This document shows, piece by piece, positions 62,510-64,000 of a DNA stretch of 64,000 nucleotides (positions within the stretch are counted from its first letter, which is position 1; the number at the start of each line of letters is the position of its first letter). The stretch is from Candidatus Rokuibacteriota bacterium. GTDB lineage: Bacteria; Methylomirabilota; Methylomirabilia; Rokubacteriales; DASRDR01. The notes under the pieces are model-generated. The model was not told the DNA's origin. It worked only from the letters and a program-made list of their open reading frames with translations, and ran no database searches. The translations under genes and the position numbers were made by a program. Where the stretch lies: the NCBI GenBank assembly GCA_044866005.1, contig JBIOTN010000223.1, forward strand, positions 2,354-66,353. The letters run 5' to 3'.

Positions 62510-63217
62510 ATGCCGAAGCTGACGCTGGTCGTCGAGCGCAAGCCGGTGCAGGTCTACGACCTCAAGCACCCGGTCATCCGGATCGGCCGCGTCGACGGCA
62601 TGGAGATCATGATCGACAACATCTCCGTCTCCCGCCGGCAGGCCGAGATCCGGCAGGAGGCGGACGGCAGCTGGACGGTGCGGGATCTCGGCTCGGCCAA
62701 CGGCACCTTCCTGAACGGCCGGCGCCTGACGGCGGCCCAGCCCGTCACCTCCGGCGACGAGATCTCGTTCGGCAAGTTCGCCCTCTTCTTCGATCGGGTC
62801 CTGTCGGAACCCCTCGTCCAGACCGACGTGGCGCCCCGCCAGGGGTTCGACCAGGCCGCCGGCACCTTCCGATTGAGGACCGAGGACGTGGACGAGCTGC
62901 AGCGGGCGGCCGGCCTGAAGCGTCGGGCCCAGCTCCAGTGGGAGGTCGGCCGGATCCGCGATACCCACTACCTGGAGCGCGGCCCGCGTGCCGCCGTGCT
63001 CATCGGCCGGTCCACGCTCTGCGATCTGCAGGTGCCCGCCGGTCCCAAGCATCATCTCCTGGTGATCCGCAACGCCGAGGCCTTCGAGGCCCGGAATCTC
63101 TCCGGGTGGCATCGGATGCGGGTGAACGGCCAGGTGACCCGAAAGGCCGTCCTGCGGAGCGGCGACGTCATCGACATCGCCGGGCTCCGGGTCACCTTCC
63201 TCGACGAGGTCCGCTGA
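62510..63217 (+). CDS. FHA-domain protein (two FHA domains)
   Basis: ATG preceded by GGAGGGGGGG. FHA 1: VIRIGRVDGMEIMIDNISVSRRQAEIRQEADGSWTVRDLGSANGTFLNGRRL. FHA 2: VLIGRSTLCDLQVPAG...HLLVIRNAEAFEARNLSGWHRMRVNGQ. Confidence 0.75.
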   Translation: MPKLTLVVERKPVQVYDLKHPVIRIGRVDGMEIMIDNISVSRRQAEIRQEADGSWTVRDLGSANGTFLNGRRLTAAQPVTSGDEISFGKFALFFDRVLSEPLVQTDVAPRQGFDQAAGTFRLRTEDVDELQRAAGLKRRAQLQWEVGRIRDTHYLERGPRAAVLIGRSTLCDLQVPAGPKHHLLVIRNAEAFEARNLSGWHRMRVNGQVTRKAVLRSGDVIDIAGLRVTFLDEVR

Positions 63218-63228
63218 GGCGGCCCGGG

Positions 63229-63320
63229 CCGAGACCCTTCGCATCCCGGCGTCCTGCATCACGCCCGGGACGCGCTCGGCCTGCGGCCTCGCGGCCGTCC
63301 CGGGCTCTGGGGCCCGGGTC
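63229..63320. repeat. partial repeat family B copy (CGCATCCCGGCGTCCTGCATCACGCCCGGGACGCGCTCGGCCTGCGGCCTCGCGGCCGTCCCGGGCTCTGGGG)
   Basis: Matches 39928-40000 with few mismatches. Confidence 0.75.
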
Positions 63321-64000
63321 AGTGCGCGGTGGGGCCCGCCGCGCGCGAGGTCGCCTCGACCAGCGCCGGCTCCCGCCGCGGCGCCGGCTCGGCCGTCGGC
63401 CCGTGCCCCCCGCCGTAGCCCGAGACGTCGAAGGCGTAGGCGGTCTCGGAGTGCTGCGAGAGGTCGAGGCCGACGAACTCCTCTTCTTCGCTGACCCGAA
63501 GGCCCACCAGCGCGTCCACCACCTTCAAGAGCACGATGGAGCCCACGAAGGCGAACACCCACGTCGCCAGGACCCCGATCGCCTGGATACCGAGCTGCCG
63601 GGGGTTCCCGTAGAAGAGACCGTCGGCCCCCGCCTCGTTGATCAGCTTGGAGGCGAACAGGCCGGTCGCCAGGGCGCCCCAGGTGCCGCCGATGCCGTGG
63701 ACGCCGACCACGTCGAGGCTGTCGTCGTAGCCGAAGCGCGTCTTGAGGTTGCAGGCGGCGAAGCAGAAGACGCCGGCGCCGAGGCCGATGAGAATGGAGG
63801 GCACCGGCCCGACGAAGCCCGAGGCCGGGGTGATCGCCACGAGCCCCGCCACCGCGCCGGAGGCGGCCCCGAGCACCGTCGGCTTGCCGCGGCTCAGCCA
63901 CTCCGCCAGCATCCAGCCGAGCGTGGCGGCCGCGGCGGCCGTGTTCGTCACCACGAAGGCGCTCGTGGCGAGCGCGCCCGCGGACAGGGCGCTCCCGGCG
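63319..64000 (-). CDS. amt: ammonium transporter (Amt family), C-terminal part; gene continues beyond window end
   Basis: TM helices with Amt motifs: GAASGAVAGLVAITPASGFV, DDSLDVVGVHGIGGTWGALATGLF, and the C-terminal cytoplasmic tail. Confidence 0.85.
   Translation of the reverse strand, partial: AGSALSAGALATSAFVVTNTAAAAATLGWMLAEWLSRGKPTVLGAASGAVAGLVAITPASGFVGPVPSILIGLGAGVFCFAACNLKTRFGYDDSLDVVGVHGIGGTWGALATGLFASKLINEAGADGLFYGNPRQLGIQAIGVLATWVFAFVGSIVLLKVVDALVGLRVSEEEEFVGLDLSQHSETAYAFDVSGYGGGHGPTAEPAPRREPALVEATSRAAGPTAH

Noticed and set aside
11827-63320. Possibility that the recurring repeats form a CRISPR array
   Set aside because: Copies are tens of kb apart, imperfect, of different lengths and orientations. 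There are no regular 30-40-bp spacers and no cas genes.
1-64000. Mobile elements, prophage or defence island
   Set aside because: No transposase, integrase, recombinase, phage structural gene, restriction-modification gene or toxin-antitoxin gene was recognised. The NYN-domain gene carries an OST-HTH domain typical of housekeeping LabA-like proteins, not a toxin.
1-64000. tRNA/rRNA genes
   Set aside because: No rRNA-like segment was found. Intergenic regions were scanned by eye for cloverleaf-like acceptor/T-arm motifs without convincing hits. A tRNAscan-SE run would be needed to be certain.

Overview
High-GC (~70%) bacterial chromosomal segment, apparently from a diderm: it carries lipobox lipoproteins and MlaC, YdbH/YnbE/YdbL, BON and PBP1A homologues. 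Coding density is high on both strands. Many of the long ORFs in the six-frame track are GC-frame artifacts; the calls below rest on recognisable protein families, start-codon context (SD-like GGAGG motifs) and stop/start coupling. Content is mostly housekeeping and accessory metabolism: four acyl-CoA dehydrogenase paralogues, an acyl-CoA synthetase, an aldehyde dehydrogenase, several MDR/SDR oxidoreductases, and a complete livKHMGF branched-chain amino-acid ABC transporter, with livG and livF separated by two unrelated genes. Envelope genes (PBP1A, MlaC, YdbH-like), a PolX DNA polymerase and an ammonium transporter are also present. No transposase, integrase, CRISPR array, rRNA or obvious tRNA was seen. 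The most unusual items: (i) a PilT/PilU-type secretion ATPase fused in frame to a C-terminal class III nucleotidyl-cyclase homology domain; (ii) a rhodanese-class III cyclase fusion with an in-frame TGA two codons after the rhodanese active-site Cys; (iii) a BtuF/TroA-like binding-protein gene with an in-frame TGA apparently replacing a conserved Cys codon; (iv) two families of GC-rich palindromic intergenic repeats (REP/MITE-like), including two ~120-bp near-identical copies in inverted orientation ~43.5 kb apart; (v) paralogous clusters of secreted proteins and lipoproteins of unknown function. A cNMP-gated MscS-type channel is also present, so the window carries three cNMP-signalling related proteins.
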